Shown here: positions 9,934 through 19,841 of the stretch, piece by piece
Layout: each line of letters opens with the position of its first letter
How positions within the stretch are numbered: the stretch's first letter is position 1
Source of the DNA: Bradymonadia bacterium
Lineage (GTDB): Bacteria; Myxococcota_A; Bradymonadia; UBA7976; UBA1532
Length of the DNA: 64,000 nucleotides
NCBI GenBank assembly: GCA_046290225.1
Contig: JBKAGE010000035.1
Coordinates: forward strand, 352,001 to 416,000
Direction of reading: 5' to 3'
Translations under genes and position numbers: made by a program
Notes under the pieces: generated by a model
Told to the model about the DNA's origin: nothing
Database searches by the model: none
The model's input: only the letters and a program-made list of their open reading frames with translations

Positions 9934-11171
9934 CGGGCCCGGGGCTCGCCGATCTGCACCAGGGAGACACCATCGTCGCCTCGAGGGCGCAGGCGATGGC
10001 CCGGGCGAGCCATGCCGTGTCGCCGAGCAGCCCACTGACGCTCGGCGAAGGTGGGCCGAGATGCGAAGAGCTCACCTTCGTCGCCGGGGGCCGGCACCGG
10101 CTCGTCGGTCTCGTTGAGGCGGTCCATGTAATCCATGGCAGCCATGGTCAGATGGGTACGCTCGCAGACATAGGCGCTGCGACGATCAGCCTGCTCGGTT
10201 TCGGCGTGGGAGATGCCCGGGCAGTAACCGCACTTGCCGTGGAATCCGCAGCCCTCGCAGTCCTGCAGATAGTTCGCCCGCTTCAGCTCCCGCTGCTTCT
10301 TCACCGTGGGGTGATGCCACCAGAGCTCGGCGAAGCTGTGCTCTCGCAGACCCCCGATGGGCTCCCGCCAGTTGATGCAGGGGTAGAGCTCGCCATCAGG
10401 GGAGATGTAGCCCGCGGTGTGGGCCGCCGAGCAGGTGTTCCCCGAGCTGGGCACGTCGGGCATCTCGTGGGCGGGCCTGATCTCGTCGCGACGACTCTCC
10501 ATGCCCTTCATCACCGCGAGGATACGCTCCGGGTGAGTGAGACCGATGCCCGTGAGGGCGAAGTCGGACTGATCGTCGGGCATGATGTGGCCGTCGATGA
10601 CCCACTCACAATCGTACGTTTTGGCGATGGCCTCGACGGTGTGCCAGTCGGTCCGGTTGTGCACCATGACCGGTGTCTTGAGCTGCACCTTCACCCCACG
10701 CTCTCTGAGGCGGCGGGCGGCGTCGATGGTCTTCTGATGACTGCCGGGAATCCGCGTCACCGCCTCGTGGGCTTCGGGGCCGCCGGAATACAGCGACATG
10801 GCCACGCACGACACCCCCATGTCGGCGAGATCATCGGCGAGGGCATCGTCGATGAAGTTGCCGTGGGTGATGATCTTCACGTCGAACTGACGATCCCGGG
10901 CGGCCCGCAGCACCTTGGCGGCGTCGGGCCTCAGGAAGAGATCACCCCCGCTGAACAACAAGAACATGCACCCGGCTTCGGCGAGCTGGTCGAGCACGTC
11001 GACGCACTCGTCATAGGTCAGCTCGTGCTTGCGCCGATCAGTGAGATAGCAGTGCACGCACTTGTGATCGCAGCGCCAGGTGATGTCCCAGTGGATGCGC
11101 ACGGGGATGTTCAGGTCATAGGCCTGCTTGAAGATATCTGGCGGTACGCCTTCAGCGCCGCAGGCAGCCAT
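9930..11171 (-). CDS. Radical SAM / SPASM domain peptide maturase
   Basis: CDHKCVHC (CxxxCxxC), FSGGD, SPASM Cys pattern CSAA...ISPDGELYPC...CEGCGFHGKCGYCPG...C; AAGGAGG RBS. Confidence 0.92.
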   Translation of the reverse strand: MAACGAEGVPPDIFKQAYDLNIPVRIHWDITWRCDHKCVHCYLTDRRKHELTYDECVDVLDQLAEAGCMFLLFSGGDLFLRPDAAKVLRAARDRQFDVKIITHGNFIDDALADDLADMGVSCVAMSLYSGGPEAHEAVTRIPGSHQKTIDAARRLRERGVKVQLKTPVMVHNRTDWHTVEAIAKTYDCEWVIDGHIMPDDQSDFALTGIGLTHPERILAVMKGMESRRDEIRPAHEMPDVPSSGNTCSAAHTAGYISPDGELYPCINWREPIGGLREHSFAELWWHHPTVKKQRELKRANYLQDCEGCGFHGKCGYCPGISHAETEQADRRSAYVCERTHLTMAAMDYMDRLNETDEPVPAPGDEGELFASRPTFAERQWAARRHGMARPGHRLRPRGDDGVSLVQIGEPRAR

Positions 11172-12085
11172 GGGCCCTCCTTGGGGAACTCCAGCCGTAT
11201 GGGGTCGACCCGCGAGACGAGATCACAGGCCAGCCCAAATGCAGCCCCCCGAGTTGCGGGGGCGTTGTCGTAGACTGTCACACAGCGCAACAGCCAGGCC
11301 ACAGCCTCGTCGTCGGCGAGGGGACCGAGGGCCACCTGGGTGGCCTTCACCGGCCGGGTCATCACCGCGATGGGCGCCCCTCTGGGGTTCAAAGGCAATG
11401 TGCGCCCCTGACTCCAGAAGGGTGTACCCCAGGCGATGTAGCCCGCCCCGTCTCCCCGTGGTCTCACCGCCACGATCTCGTCGGCGAGCACGTGATCGAA
11501 GCCCGCCTCTCGAGCGATGGTGCTTTTGCCCGTGCCCGAAGGCCCGGGGTTGAGCCACGCGTGGCCATCGACCACACCTGCTGATCCGTGAATCAGGCCG
11601 CCGCCTTCTCGAAGCAGCAGCGCGCTCAACACCAGCTGGACCACCGCCCAGATCTCACCCCGACTGCCATCCATCCAGGTCACCCCGGTGGTGCCGTCGG
11701 CGCTCAGCTCGAGGCGTACATCCTCTCGCCAGTAGCAAAACTGCGTGCCGTCTATGGAGTTGGAGTCGCCAGCAGCTGTTCGAGTCTCACCAAGTGTGTG
11801 ATTTGAGCTGTTTTTCTGGCTCAGAGCTTCACCCATGGGGACCGGCCAGCACTCGACGACGCGCACCTCCACACAACAGGTCAAGGGCACACAGTGCAGG
11901 GCTCCATGAGATGAATACGCCTGTGCACCCTCTCCGACAGCTTCGGCAAGACCGTTGCCTGACTCAACAAAACAATCGAGGGCCTCGGCACCGAGGGGGG
12001 TGCCGAAGAAGATGTCCGTGAGGCCTTCACCATAGAGGGTGAGAGCGACACCGGCGATGTGGAGGGTGATGGATGTGGGGGGCAA
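11111..12085 (-). CDS. HPr kinase-related P-loop protein
   Basis: LIHGSA...GPSGTGKST...LADE...WGTPF. Likely TTG start just after the precursor stop; start uncertain. Confidence 0.75.
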   Translation of the reverse strand: MPPTSITLHIAGVALTLYGEGLTDIFFGTPLGAEALDCFVESGNGLAEAVGEGAQAYSSHGALHCVPLTCCVEVRVVECWPVPMGEALSQKNSSNHTLGETRTAAGDSNSIDGTQFCYWREDVRLELSADGTTGVTWMDGSRGEIWAVVQLVLSALLLREGGGLIHGSAGVVDGHAWLNPGPSGTGKSTIAREAGFDHVLADEIVAVRPRGDGAGYIAWGTPFWSQGRTLPLNPRGAPIAVMTRPVKATQVALGPLADDEAVAWLLRCVTVYDNAPATRGAAFGLACDLVSRVDPIRLEFPKEGPWLPAALKAYRQISSSRPMT

Positions 12086-12086
12086 C

Positions 12087-12290
12087 TCAGGACTGCAGGT
12101 TGCAGCCAAAGGGGGGCGGGCCGGGGGTGATGTTGAGGGCGCCACACGACAGGGCCGCGCGCTCGAAGACTACGCTGGTGACGAAGCCAGGCTTCTCGTA
12201 GGCCCGACGGGTCTCGGGGGTGCCGAGATCATCGTCGTGCTGGATCTCGTGATCCTGTTCGAATTCGGGCTGACGCTGCTCGTCGCTCAT
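12087..12290 (-). CDS. Putative RiPP precursor peptide (67 aa)
   Basis: GAGGAG RBS; acidic N-terminus, RRAYEKP (YxxP RRE-binding-type motif), FERAALS, then C-terminal CGALNITPGPPPFGCNLQS; embedded among PqqD, rSAM and peptidase genes. Confidence 0.8.
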   Translation of the reverse strand: MSDEQRQPEFEQDHEIQHDDDLGTPETRRAYEKPGFVTSVVFERAALSCGALNITPGPPPFGCNLQS

Positions 12291-12314
12291 GTGTTCGCTC
12301 CTCTCAGGAAGACC

Positions 12315-15300
12315 TTAGTAGAAGATCACCACCCGTAGGGTACCACCGGGCTCTTTATATACGATGCCGAAGTCTGCGTAACCGGTGGCATCGCCGTCAA
12401 AGTTCCCCAGGCCAGCGACCCCGATCTTGTGTCGGGCGGGGCTCGACAGGGTGAAGTCGACGCCGCGAGGCGTCTCCACCGCGTCGGTCCCGAACATACC
12501 GCTGCCGTCGTTGAAGTACACCCACGCGTCGAGATCGGGGTTGTCGATGTAGTTGTTGTGGCTCACCACCAGGTCCACGAAGCCGTCGGCGTTGATGTCG
12601 CCGGCGAGGTCGAAGATGGCGCCGTAGTTCTGCACACCGCGGCCGAAGCAGTCGGTGCTGTTCTGATCCTCGTCCCAGACCGACAAGCGACGTGAGACGC
12701 GATCGCCGACGACGAAGTCACCGCCGCCGTTGGCGTCACCGGTCAGATCGGCCCCACCGACGATGGAGCTGCCGAAGCTGCTCTGCGCTGCAGGACAGGG
12801 ATTGGCGAGGGCGAACGTTGTGGTCTCTGCAACGTTGTAGGCGTAGTTCTCGGGCAGATCGTTGGCGCCGTAGAAGACGTACACCCCAGTCCAGTTGGTG
12901 GGGGAGTCGCCCACGCTCACGGCGACATCGTCGAGACCGTCGTTGTTGAGATCACCCACCGTCGAGGACGAGGCGCCCATGTTCTGAGCCCCCGTTACCG
13001 AGATACGGGTGATGCCGTTGCCTGCGTCGAAGGCGGTGGCGTCAATGGTGGCGGGCCACGCTCCACGGCCAGCGATGACGAAGGCCTCGTCACCGGCCCG
13101 ACCGTCGAAGGCGCTGGAGCCGCCGATGAGGATGTCGTTGTAGGTCACCCCAGCCACCGTGTCGGCGTTGAGCTGGTTGAAGTTGCCCGCAGCGCCCACC
13201 CAGGTGATGTAGCGGCCGGGCACGGTGATCACAGAGTCCACCGTGGCCAGCTCCACAGGATCCGCCGAGCCAAAGTACACACCCACCGTACCGCCGAAGC
13301 CCACGGCGAAGTCCACACCGGTGATGGCGAAGTCGTCGAGACCGTCACCATTGATGTCGCCGAGACCAGTGGTCTGCAGGCCGTACTGGATCACGGGTAC
13401 GGCGCCCACGGTGGCGACGTCGAGCTCCACCGTGGAGATGCCCGCAGGATCAGCGGCACCGAGGACGATGGCGGTCTGGCTGAACTCGAAGGCGAAGGAG
13501 CCGTCGTACTGCACAGCACCCACCAACGCATCACCCCGACCATCGCCGTTCACGTCGCCCACGCTGGTGAGCAACGAAGCGGTGTTCAGGAAGTTGTCGT
13601 TGTCCCAGGCGACGTCGTTGCGGGGCGTCAGCTCCACAACAGCCTGGTTCAAAGTGACGTCCACCTCGATATTGGCCAGGTCACCCATACGGCCCACGTC
13701 GTCCATGGCACGCACGGCCACCTGATGCACCCCGTTGAGGGGGAGCAGGGCGTCGAGGGTGATGCTCTCCGCAGCGCCCGCATCAGCGGTGGCGGCGAAG
13801 GTGCCCAGATCAGTGGCTACATCCCAGGCGCCCTCGTCGGCGATGGCGGCAGCGGCATAGCGCACGGCGTACTGAGACACGCGGTCACCACCGGCGCCGT
13901 CATCACCAGGGGCGGTGAAGTTCAGCTGCACCGTGGGACGGCGGGGGTGAGTGACGGCTGCGGCGAGATCCCCAATGGCCGCAGGGGCCTCGGGGTCGAT
14001 GTTCACGTTCCGCGTGGTGCAGGCCTCGTTGCTGGCGGCGTCGCTCACACAGACCCGCAGCGCCACAGCGCCTGCAGGCACGGTCACACCGGCGAAGGTC
14101 ACGTTGGAGGGGTTCGCAGCGTTCACGGCCACGGGGCCCGCAGTCTGAATGCCGTTCACCTCGAGGTTGGCGGTCCGGTTGCTGCCATCGGTGGCCTCGT
14201 TCACCTGAGCCACGATGGTGATCTGCTGACCGGGGGTGCCGGCATCGTCGTCAGTGAGCACAGCGGCGCCGTCGGCGGGGCTGGTGACGCTCACCTGAGG
14301 GGCCTCGATGTCCACCAAGATGGACTGACCCAGCGACAGGGTGTCGTTGCCGTCGAGGCTGGCCCGCAGCTGCAGGATCGAATCCCCCGCAGGCAGCGCC
14401 ACGTCGGCGAAGCTCACGAAGCCGCCGTTCACAGCCACAGGGCCAGCGATGACCTGGCCATCCGCGAGCAGGTTTACGTCGGCGTTGAGGCAGTTGGGAT
14501 CAAAGAGGTCCACGGCACCCTCGACGGTGCGCACCAGGGTGTTGCCCTGCACATTGCCGTCTGCGGGGCCGAGGATGGCCGGCGCGCCGACGATGCCCTG
14601 GATCTGGCTGAAGCAGCCGTCGATCTCCACCTGTACGTTCACCGGCGTCGAGGCCCCAGGGTTACCGCAGGCGTCTTCGACGCGTGCCACGAGGTCGAGG
14701 CTGCCCGGGGGCAGGGTGAAGGTGGTGTTGATGGCGCCGTTGAGACCTGCAGGCACATCGAGCTGGGCCGGGGTGGTGGTGATCTGCTGCTCACCGTTGA
14801 ACACCCGGATGATCTGCCCCGCCTCGATGGCGTTGCGATCGGCGAAGTCGAGCGAAGCAGCCACCTGGAAGCCGTCGGCGGCGTTGCCGTTCGCGTCGTC
14901 GTCCGCGGTGAAGCTGCTCTGGTCAGCAGGGCTGGCGATGAGCGGCTCCGGCGCCTGCGTGTCGACCTCGAAGGGGATGGCGTTCACGGTGGCGGCGTTG
15001 CCACAATCATCGGCCACGGTGACCTCGACGTTGTAGACGCCATCGGCCACGGTGAAGTTCGGGAAGGTCATCAGACCACCACCGGACTGAGCGTTGATGG
15101 CGTTGCCGCCGTCGATGGTCAACGTGCCGTCGAGGGTCTCGCCAGCCTCACCACCAGGGGTCACCTGCAGCGCGTACTGGAAGGCGTCCTCTGCATCGCC
15201 ATCGGCAGCAGCGTTGAGGCAGCTGTTCGCCGCGAGGTTCACCACAGCGGGGGTGGGCACCACGGTGTTGATGCGCACCGCCTGATCGACGAGCTCGGGG

Positions 15301-18300
15301 GTGCCGAGGGCCGGCAGCAGGTTGCCGGCCTCGTCTGCGCCCGTGACGTAGAGCGTGTACTGACCGGGATCGAGCTCCACAGGAATGCTCACCGAGCCGT
15401 TGGACACCGTACCGCTGCCGAGCAGCGCCTCGGCCCCAGCCTGGCGTACGCGCACCGCACGGCCGTCTTCCATGCCGTCCACCGCCACAGTGACCGAGAA
15501 CTGGGCTCGATCCCCTGCAGAGGCGGCGTTGGTCCGCTCGCCGCGGTTCACACAGGCATCGGCGTTGGCATCTTGATCGATGGTGATGGTCTCCACCGTC
15601 GGCGCGCTGCAGTCTGCCACCACCGTGATGGGATCAGAGACCACCCGCTGACCGAAGACCCCCACCACGGTGAGGGTGTGGGTGCCGTTCCCCAGGTTGA
15701 GGGGGCACTCGAAGACCTCGGCAGAGTTGCCCTGAATCGCGCAGGCACCGTTGAGGGCCGACGACTGACCGTCGCAGGCAGCAGGACCGTCGCCCTGAGC
15801 GAAGTTGGTGCACACGTAGAATTCGGCATCAGCGCCAAGGCCACGGGTCTGACCGAGCAGGTTCAGCTGGCAACCCTCGACCTCGGGCTGAGCGTCCTCG
15901 TTCACCAGGACCGTAGAGCCGTCGCCGGGCGCGTTCACCACGATGGCAGCGCCGGGATCGACCACGAAGTCCACCGGGGTCTGGGTCTGGTTGCCACAGG
16001 TGTCGGAGACCGTAGCGGTGAAGCTGAGATCGCCGAGGGGCATGGTGTAGCGGTCGAGAGAGACCTGGCTGCACTCGCCAGCGCCCACCACCCGGGTCAG
16101 GGGCTCGTCACCCACGAGGGCATCAGGGTTGCTGGTGAAGGCGATGGTCTGACCCGCGGCGCCACAGACGTTCACGCGGGGCGTCACCTGGATACCGGCG
16201 GCATCAGGCACGTCGCGGAGGTCTTCGTCGTCGAAGTCGTTGAGGGTCTGACCAGGCGTAGGCTTGAGGAAGCCCACGAGGGGGGCCACCCGATCCACCT
16301 GAACCGCCGCCTGATCGTTCACGCTCTGGCCCGCAGCGTCGGCCACCGAAGCGACCATCGTGCAGTTGGCCTCGTCGGGCAGCGACAGGGGCTGGAAGTC
16401 GATGAAGCCCAGGTTGTCGACGGTGCCCGTCACCGAGATCGGCTCGCCACCATCACAGGTGGCCTCGAGCGTGGCCACCTGACCAGTATCGACGCGCTCG
16501 GTGATGGCGGTCACCGCGAACTGGAAGCCGGGCTCGGCGCTGGCGTCGGCTACCTGGCCGTTCACGCAGTCACCAAAGGCAGGCAGCTCGATGCTCGGGG
16601 GCACGAGGCGAATCGCCACAGTGATTTGCGGCCCTGCAGAGGTGCCGTCGTCGAGGCGGCCCTGCATGTTGAAGGTGTACTCCGACTCGGCGTCGGGCGG
16701 CACCGTCACCGTCACCGGGAACGACACGTTGCCGTCAGCGTCGACAGCGCGAGCGGGCAACACAGTCTCCTGCTCACCCTCGGTGACGATGAGCTCCACC
16801 CGAGCACCCTCGGGCAGGTTGGAGTCGATGTTGGCCGTAAGCTGGAAGCCTTCGACCTCCGGGTTCAAGTCTGCACCGAGGGCGAGGCTGCTGCCATCGG
16901 CGGGATCGACGATCTGAATACGAGGCGTACCGCACACCGCGGTCACCGTGGTCTCGACCGTCGTCTCGTTGCCCGCGCAGTCCTGAGCCCGCATCGAGAA
17001 GGTGTTCTCACCATCGAGCAAGGTCTCGCTCATGGTGGTGGCCACCCCATCGACGACGGCGGCGCAGCGCTCGGCGGCGCCGTTGAGGCGATAGCACACC
17101 TCGGCGACGTTGGGATCGACCACCGCCAACTCGAAGCCGGTCTGGATGCAGTCGGAGAGATCGCCATTGTCATCGTCACCGATGAGCAGGACCGAGCCAG
17201 GTGCCGGACTCTGCAGGCTCACCTCGGGATCAGTCGTATCCACGGTGAAGGCGATGGGCTCGACAGGATCGATGGGCACAGCGTTGCCACCGATGATGGT
17301 GCCGGCCACAGCCACCGTGTAGTCACCCTCGGGCAACACATCAGTGCCCTCGTCGACGCCGAGGCGGATCGACCAGGCCTCGTTGCCGCCGGCGATCAGA
17401 TCGAGGGTCTCGCTGTCACCGCCACCGGCAGGGGTGAAGGTGGCGGTGAAGGCCGCCTGATTCTCGGCGAGGTTCTGACCGCTGCCGCCCACGAAGACCT
17501 GCCCGTCTGCAAAGCACTGGCTCGCGTTGGGGCTGGTGACTTGGAACGAAGGCGTGTCGAGGACCACGAAGTAATCCTGAGGCACCTCCTGGGTGCCCGC
17601 AGGGTTCGGCGAAGCATCGGCGGTGGCGCGGCAACCGAGGCTGCCAGCGTCGGCGCCGCGGAAGGTGGCCACCACGTTGGCGCCGCCATCAACCAGATCA
17701 GAGCGACGGATGCGATCACCCGGCAAGGTGAAGCGGCTGCTGTAGTTCTGGTTGGGGCGACGACATTCGATGTAGATGTCGTAATCGACCTCAGCGGGCC
17801 GATCGTCCACCACGGTGATGGCCATGGGCACCTGGATGCCCTCATCCTCGGCGGCATCACCAGGGCGAGCATCATTCGCGGTCGTGAAGACCGAGCCACC
17901 TGCAGGGCTCACCAGCCGGATGTCGGGCTGAGTGGAGTCGAAGCAGACCTCGTACTCCACCGAGGTGTTGTTGCCGCAGTCGTCTGCAGCGGTGAGGGTC
18001 AGGGTGCGGCCGCACACATAACCCGCCACCTCCACAGGGATGCTGAAGGCGCCCTCGGCACCCACAGTAAAGTCACCATTGCGGAAGCTGGGCAACGCAG
18101 GCTCGAAGGCCGCGGTGATGTTGGCACCCTCAGGCAGCCCTTCCACGGTGCCTGTGAAGGTCACCCGCATACCGCCTTCGGGCAGCGCCTCACCGTCAGC
18201 GACGGCGAGCACGTTCTCTCGGAGGGGGCTGAGCTGGTCAGAGTTGATGACCGGGGCGCTGGCATCGACATTGTAGGTGATCTCGGCGGCTTCACCGGCG

Positions 18301-19343
18301 AGGCCCGACTGCGTGCTGCCCTGGGCCGAGACCGTGTTGGCCCCCTCGTTCAGGGTGATGAGGGCCGAAGCCGTGCCATCGACGACGTCGATGCCGGGCT
18401 GAGCCTCACCATTCACCATGAAGACCACCCGGCCACAGGTGCTCGAAGCCTGCACGTTCACCTGTACCCCGTCGATGTCGGGATCAGCATCGGCGGTGGC
18501 GTCGAAGTCACAGACCCCCTCAGTGGGCTCGGGGCTCAGGGTCACCGCACATGCGGTGACGTCTACGGTGACCGAGGCCTCGGCGATGACGCGCTCACCC
18601 TCCACAGTCTCTGCAGAGGCGATGAGGGCCACAGCGGTCTCGGCATCACCGGTGATCGGCAGGGCCACATTCTCAAAGGTGGCGTTGCCGTCAGCCAGCT
18701 CAGCGGTCCCTGCAGGGGCCCCGGCGATGGTCAGCTCCACCGTACCTGCAGGGAGATTCTCCGCAGCGACGGTGATGTTGGTCTGCAGACCGTTGTCGAG
18801 GGTGCCATCGAGATCGTCAGCGGCGGTGAACACCGTCTGATCTGCGGGGTTGGCGAAGGCCAGAGTCGGCGTGGGATTCGCCGGCACACATGCTGGATCC
18901 TCAGCATCAAAGCTGGTGTTTACGCTGACTGTAGCCGTGCTCACGACCGCGTCATCGCGCACGAGCTCCGCCACAAGGTTCACACCATCCTGCACCGGCA
19001 GGGGGAATCCTCCGAAGAGCACCCGGCCCGATGCGGGCACGGGCTGCGTCACCGGCTCGGCGTCGCCCTCGGAGATGCTCAACCGCAGCTGCAGGCCCTC
19101 GTTGGAGGCCCCTGAAAGGCGCACCAGCAGCGACACGTTGTATTCGATCGTGTCCTGGGTCTCGAGGTTCTGGTCGTCGGCGCAGGTGATGGCCTGACCA
19201 TTGGTCTCGGGGGTGACGAACTGCGCTTGGAGGCCGTTGCCTCCACTGCTGCTGCCCCCACCGTCATCACAGGCGCCGAGGCCCGCTGTCGCCGCCGCCA
19301 TCCATGCGAGCGGCTGCCAGTATCGTGACTGGAATCTCTTCAT
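12315..19343 (-). CDS. Giant surface lipoprotein (2342 aa): tandem Cys-containing Ig-like repeats, Fn3-like segment, C-terminal FG-GAP/integrin-like repeats
   Basis: Lipobox GLGAC-DD; repeated DxCGN/DxAGN and DxDx3-4GxQ motifs; GDVNGDGRGD, GDINGDGLDD, GDLNNDGLDD, GDINADGFVD; GGAGG RBS. Confidence 0.88.
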   Translation of the reverse strand: MKRFQSRYWQPLAWMAAATAGLGACDDGGGSSSGGNGLQAQFVTPETNGQAITCADDQNLETQDTIEYNVSLLVRLSGASNEGLQLRLSISEGDAEPVTQPVPASGRVLFGGFPLPVQDGVNLVAELVRDDAVVSTATVSVNTSFDAEDPACVPANPTPTLAFANPADQTVFTAADDLDGTLDNGLQTNITVAAENLPAGTVELTIAGAPAGTAELADGNATFENVALPITGDAETAVALIASAETVEGERVIAEASVTVDVTACAVTLSPEPTEGVCDFDATADADPDIDGVQVNVQASSTCGRVVFMVNGEAQPGIDVVDGTASALITLNEGANTVSAQGSTQSGLAGEAAEITYNVDASAPVINSDQLSPLRENVLAVADGEALPEGGMRVTFTGTVEGLPEGANITAAFEPALPSFRNGDFTVGAEGAFSIPVEVAGYVCGRTLTLTAADDCGNNTSVEYEVCFDSTQPDIRLVSPAGGSVFTTANDARPGDAAEDEGIQVPMAITVVDDRPAEVDYDIYIECRRPNQNYSSRFTLPGDRIRRSDLVDGGANVVATFRGADAGSLGCRATADASPNPAGTQEVPQDYFVVLDTPSFQVTSPNASQCFADGQVFVGGSGQNLAENQAAFTATFTPAGGGDSETLDLIAGGNEAWSIRLGVDEGTDVLPEGDYTVAVAGTIIGGNAVPIDPVEPIAFTVDTTDPEVSLQSPAPGSVLLIGDDDNGDLSDCIQTGFELAVVDPNVAEVCYRLNGAAERCAAVVDGVATTMSETLLDGENTFSMRAQDCAGNETTVETTVTAVCGTPRIQIVDPADGSSLALGADLNPEVEGFQLTANIDSNLPEGARVELIVTEGEQETVLPARAVDADGNVSFPVTVTVPPDAESEYTFNMQGRLDDGTSAGPQITVAIRLVPPSIELPAFGDCVNGQVADASAEPGFQFAVTAITERVDTGQVATLEATCDGGEPISVTGTVDNLGFIDFQPLSLPDEANCTMVASVADAAGQSVNDQAAVQVDRVAPLVGFLKPTPGQTLNDFDDEDLRDVPDAAGIQVTPRVNVCGAAGQTIAFTSNPDALVGDEPLTRVVGAGECSQVSLDRYTMPLGDLSFTATVSDTCGNQTQTPVDFVVDPGAAIVVNAPGDGSTVLVNEDAQPEVEGCQLNLLGQTRGLGADAEFYVCTNFAQGDGPAACDGQSSALNGACAIQGNSAEVFECPLNLGNGTHTLTVVGVFGQRVVSDPITVVADCSAPTVETITIDQDANADACVNRGERTNAASAGDRAQFSVTVAVDGMEDGRAVRVRQAGAEALLGSGTVSNGSVSIPVELDPGQYTLYVTGADEAGNLLPALGTPELVDQAVRINTVVPTPAVVNLAANSCLNAAADGDAEDAFQYALQVTPGGEAGETLDGTLTIDGGNAINAQSGGGLMTFPNFTVADGVYNVEVTVADDCGNAATVNAIPFEVDTQAPEPLIASPADQSSFTADDDANGNAADGFQVAASLDFADRNAIEAGQIIRVFNGEQQITTTPAQLDVPAGLNGAINTTFTLPPGSLDLVARVEDACGNPGASTPVNVQVEIDGCFSQIQGIVGAPAILGPADGNVQGNTLVRTVEGAVDLFDPNCLNADVNLLADGQVIAGPVAVNGGFVSFADVALPAGDSILQLRASLDGNDTLSLGQSILVDIEAPQVSVTSPADGAAVLTDDDAGTPGQQITIVAQVNEATDGSNRTANLEVNGIQTAGPVAVNAANPSNVTFAGVTVPAGAVALRVCVSDAASNEACTTRNVNIDPEAPAAIGDLAAAVTHPRRPTVQLNFTAPGDDGAGGDRVSQYAVRYAAAAIADEGAWDVATDLGTFAATADAGAAESITLDALLPLNGVHQVAVRAMDDVGRMGDLANIEVDVTLNQAVVELTPRNDVAWDNDNFLNTASLLTSVGDVNGDGRGDALVGAVQYDGSFAFEFSQTAIVLGAADPAGISTVELDVATVGAVPVIQYGLQTTGLGDINGDGLDDFAITGVDFAVGFGGTVGVYFGSADPVELATVDSVITVPGRYITWVGAAGNFNQLNADTVAGVTYNDILIGGSSAFDGRAGDEAFVIAGRGAWPATIDATAFDAGNGITRISVTGAQNMGASSSTVGDLNNDGLDDVAVSVGDSPTNWTGVYVFYGANDLPENYAYNVAETTTFALANPCPAAQSSFGSSIVGGADLTGDANGGGDFVVGDRVSRRLSVWDEDQNSTDCFGRGVQNYGAIFDLAGDINADGFVDLVVSHNNYIDNPDLDAWVYFNDGSGMFGTDAVETPRGVDFTLSSPARHKIGVAGLGNFDGDATGYADFGIVYKEPGGTLRVVIFY

Positions 19344-19553
19344 GGCCGAGCCCTCCGTGCTGCCCTTGCCGTTATCCGGTGGTTGTGCCGGAATGTGTGA
19401 TCGATCCGAAATTACTCAAATGCGTGGCTGTCCAGAGTGGGTCTGGTACGCCTCACCTTTACGGAGCGATGACCCATGGGCTTGACCCAGTTTGAAGATT
19501 TGCACGGTAACCCTTTTAGATAACTCAAGAACCACATTTACCCCCATCAACCT

Positions 19554-19841
19554 TCACTGAAAGTCGATGAAGCGACGTGTCTGCAGTTCTAAGAGAAAAT
19601 CTTCCACATCCTTGCGTGCAGTTTGCTGATCAATGGCAAACTCTTTCACAACCAGCTCGATGATTTCGCGCACGGTGTTCTTTTTATCTGTAATCAAATT
19701 CCAGACAAAGGTGCCGACACCATTGAGCCGATGGATCGAGTCATCGCTGGCATCGAGCAAAATCGCGCTGCCGGCCATGACTCGAGAGACCGAGGTCTTC
19801 GAAGGAATGGGAACGGCGTTGTGCTGAGGCATGGTCGTCAT
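19554..19841 (-). CDS. PqqD family / RiPP recognition element (RRE) protein
   Basis: 95 aa; ILLD...HRLNGVGTFVWNLI...TVREII..V..EFAID..TARKDVEDFL.EL. Confidence 0.85.
   Translation of the reverse strand: MTTMPQHNAVPIPSKTSVSRVMAGSAILLDASDDSIHRLNGVGTFVWNLITDKKNTVREIIELVVKEFAIDQQTARKDVEDFLLELQTRRFIDFQ

Noticed and set aside
13725..19115. 1796-aa plus-strand ORF
   Set aside because: Antisense shadow of the giant lipoprotein; no recognisable motifs, and such shadows are expected from high-GC codon bias.
9481..19841. Lasso peptide or PQQ biosynthesis cluster
   Set aside because: No asparagine-synthetase-like cyclase or transglutaminase-like B2 protease; no PqqB/PqqC; the peptide lacks the PqqA ExxxY motif.
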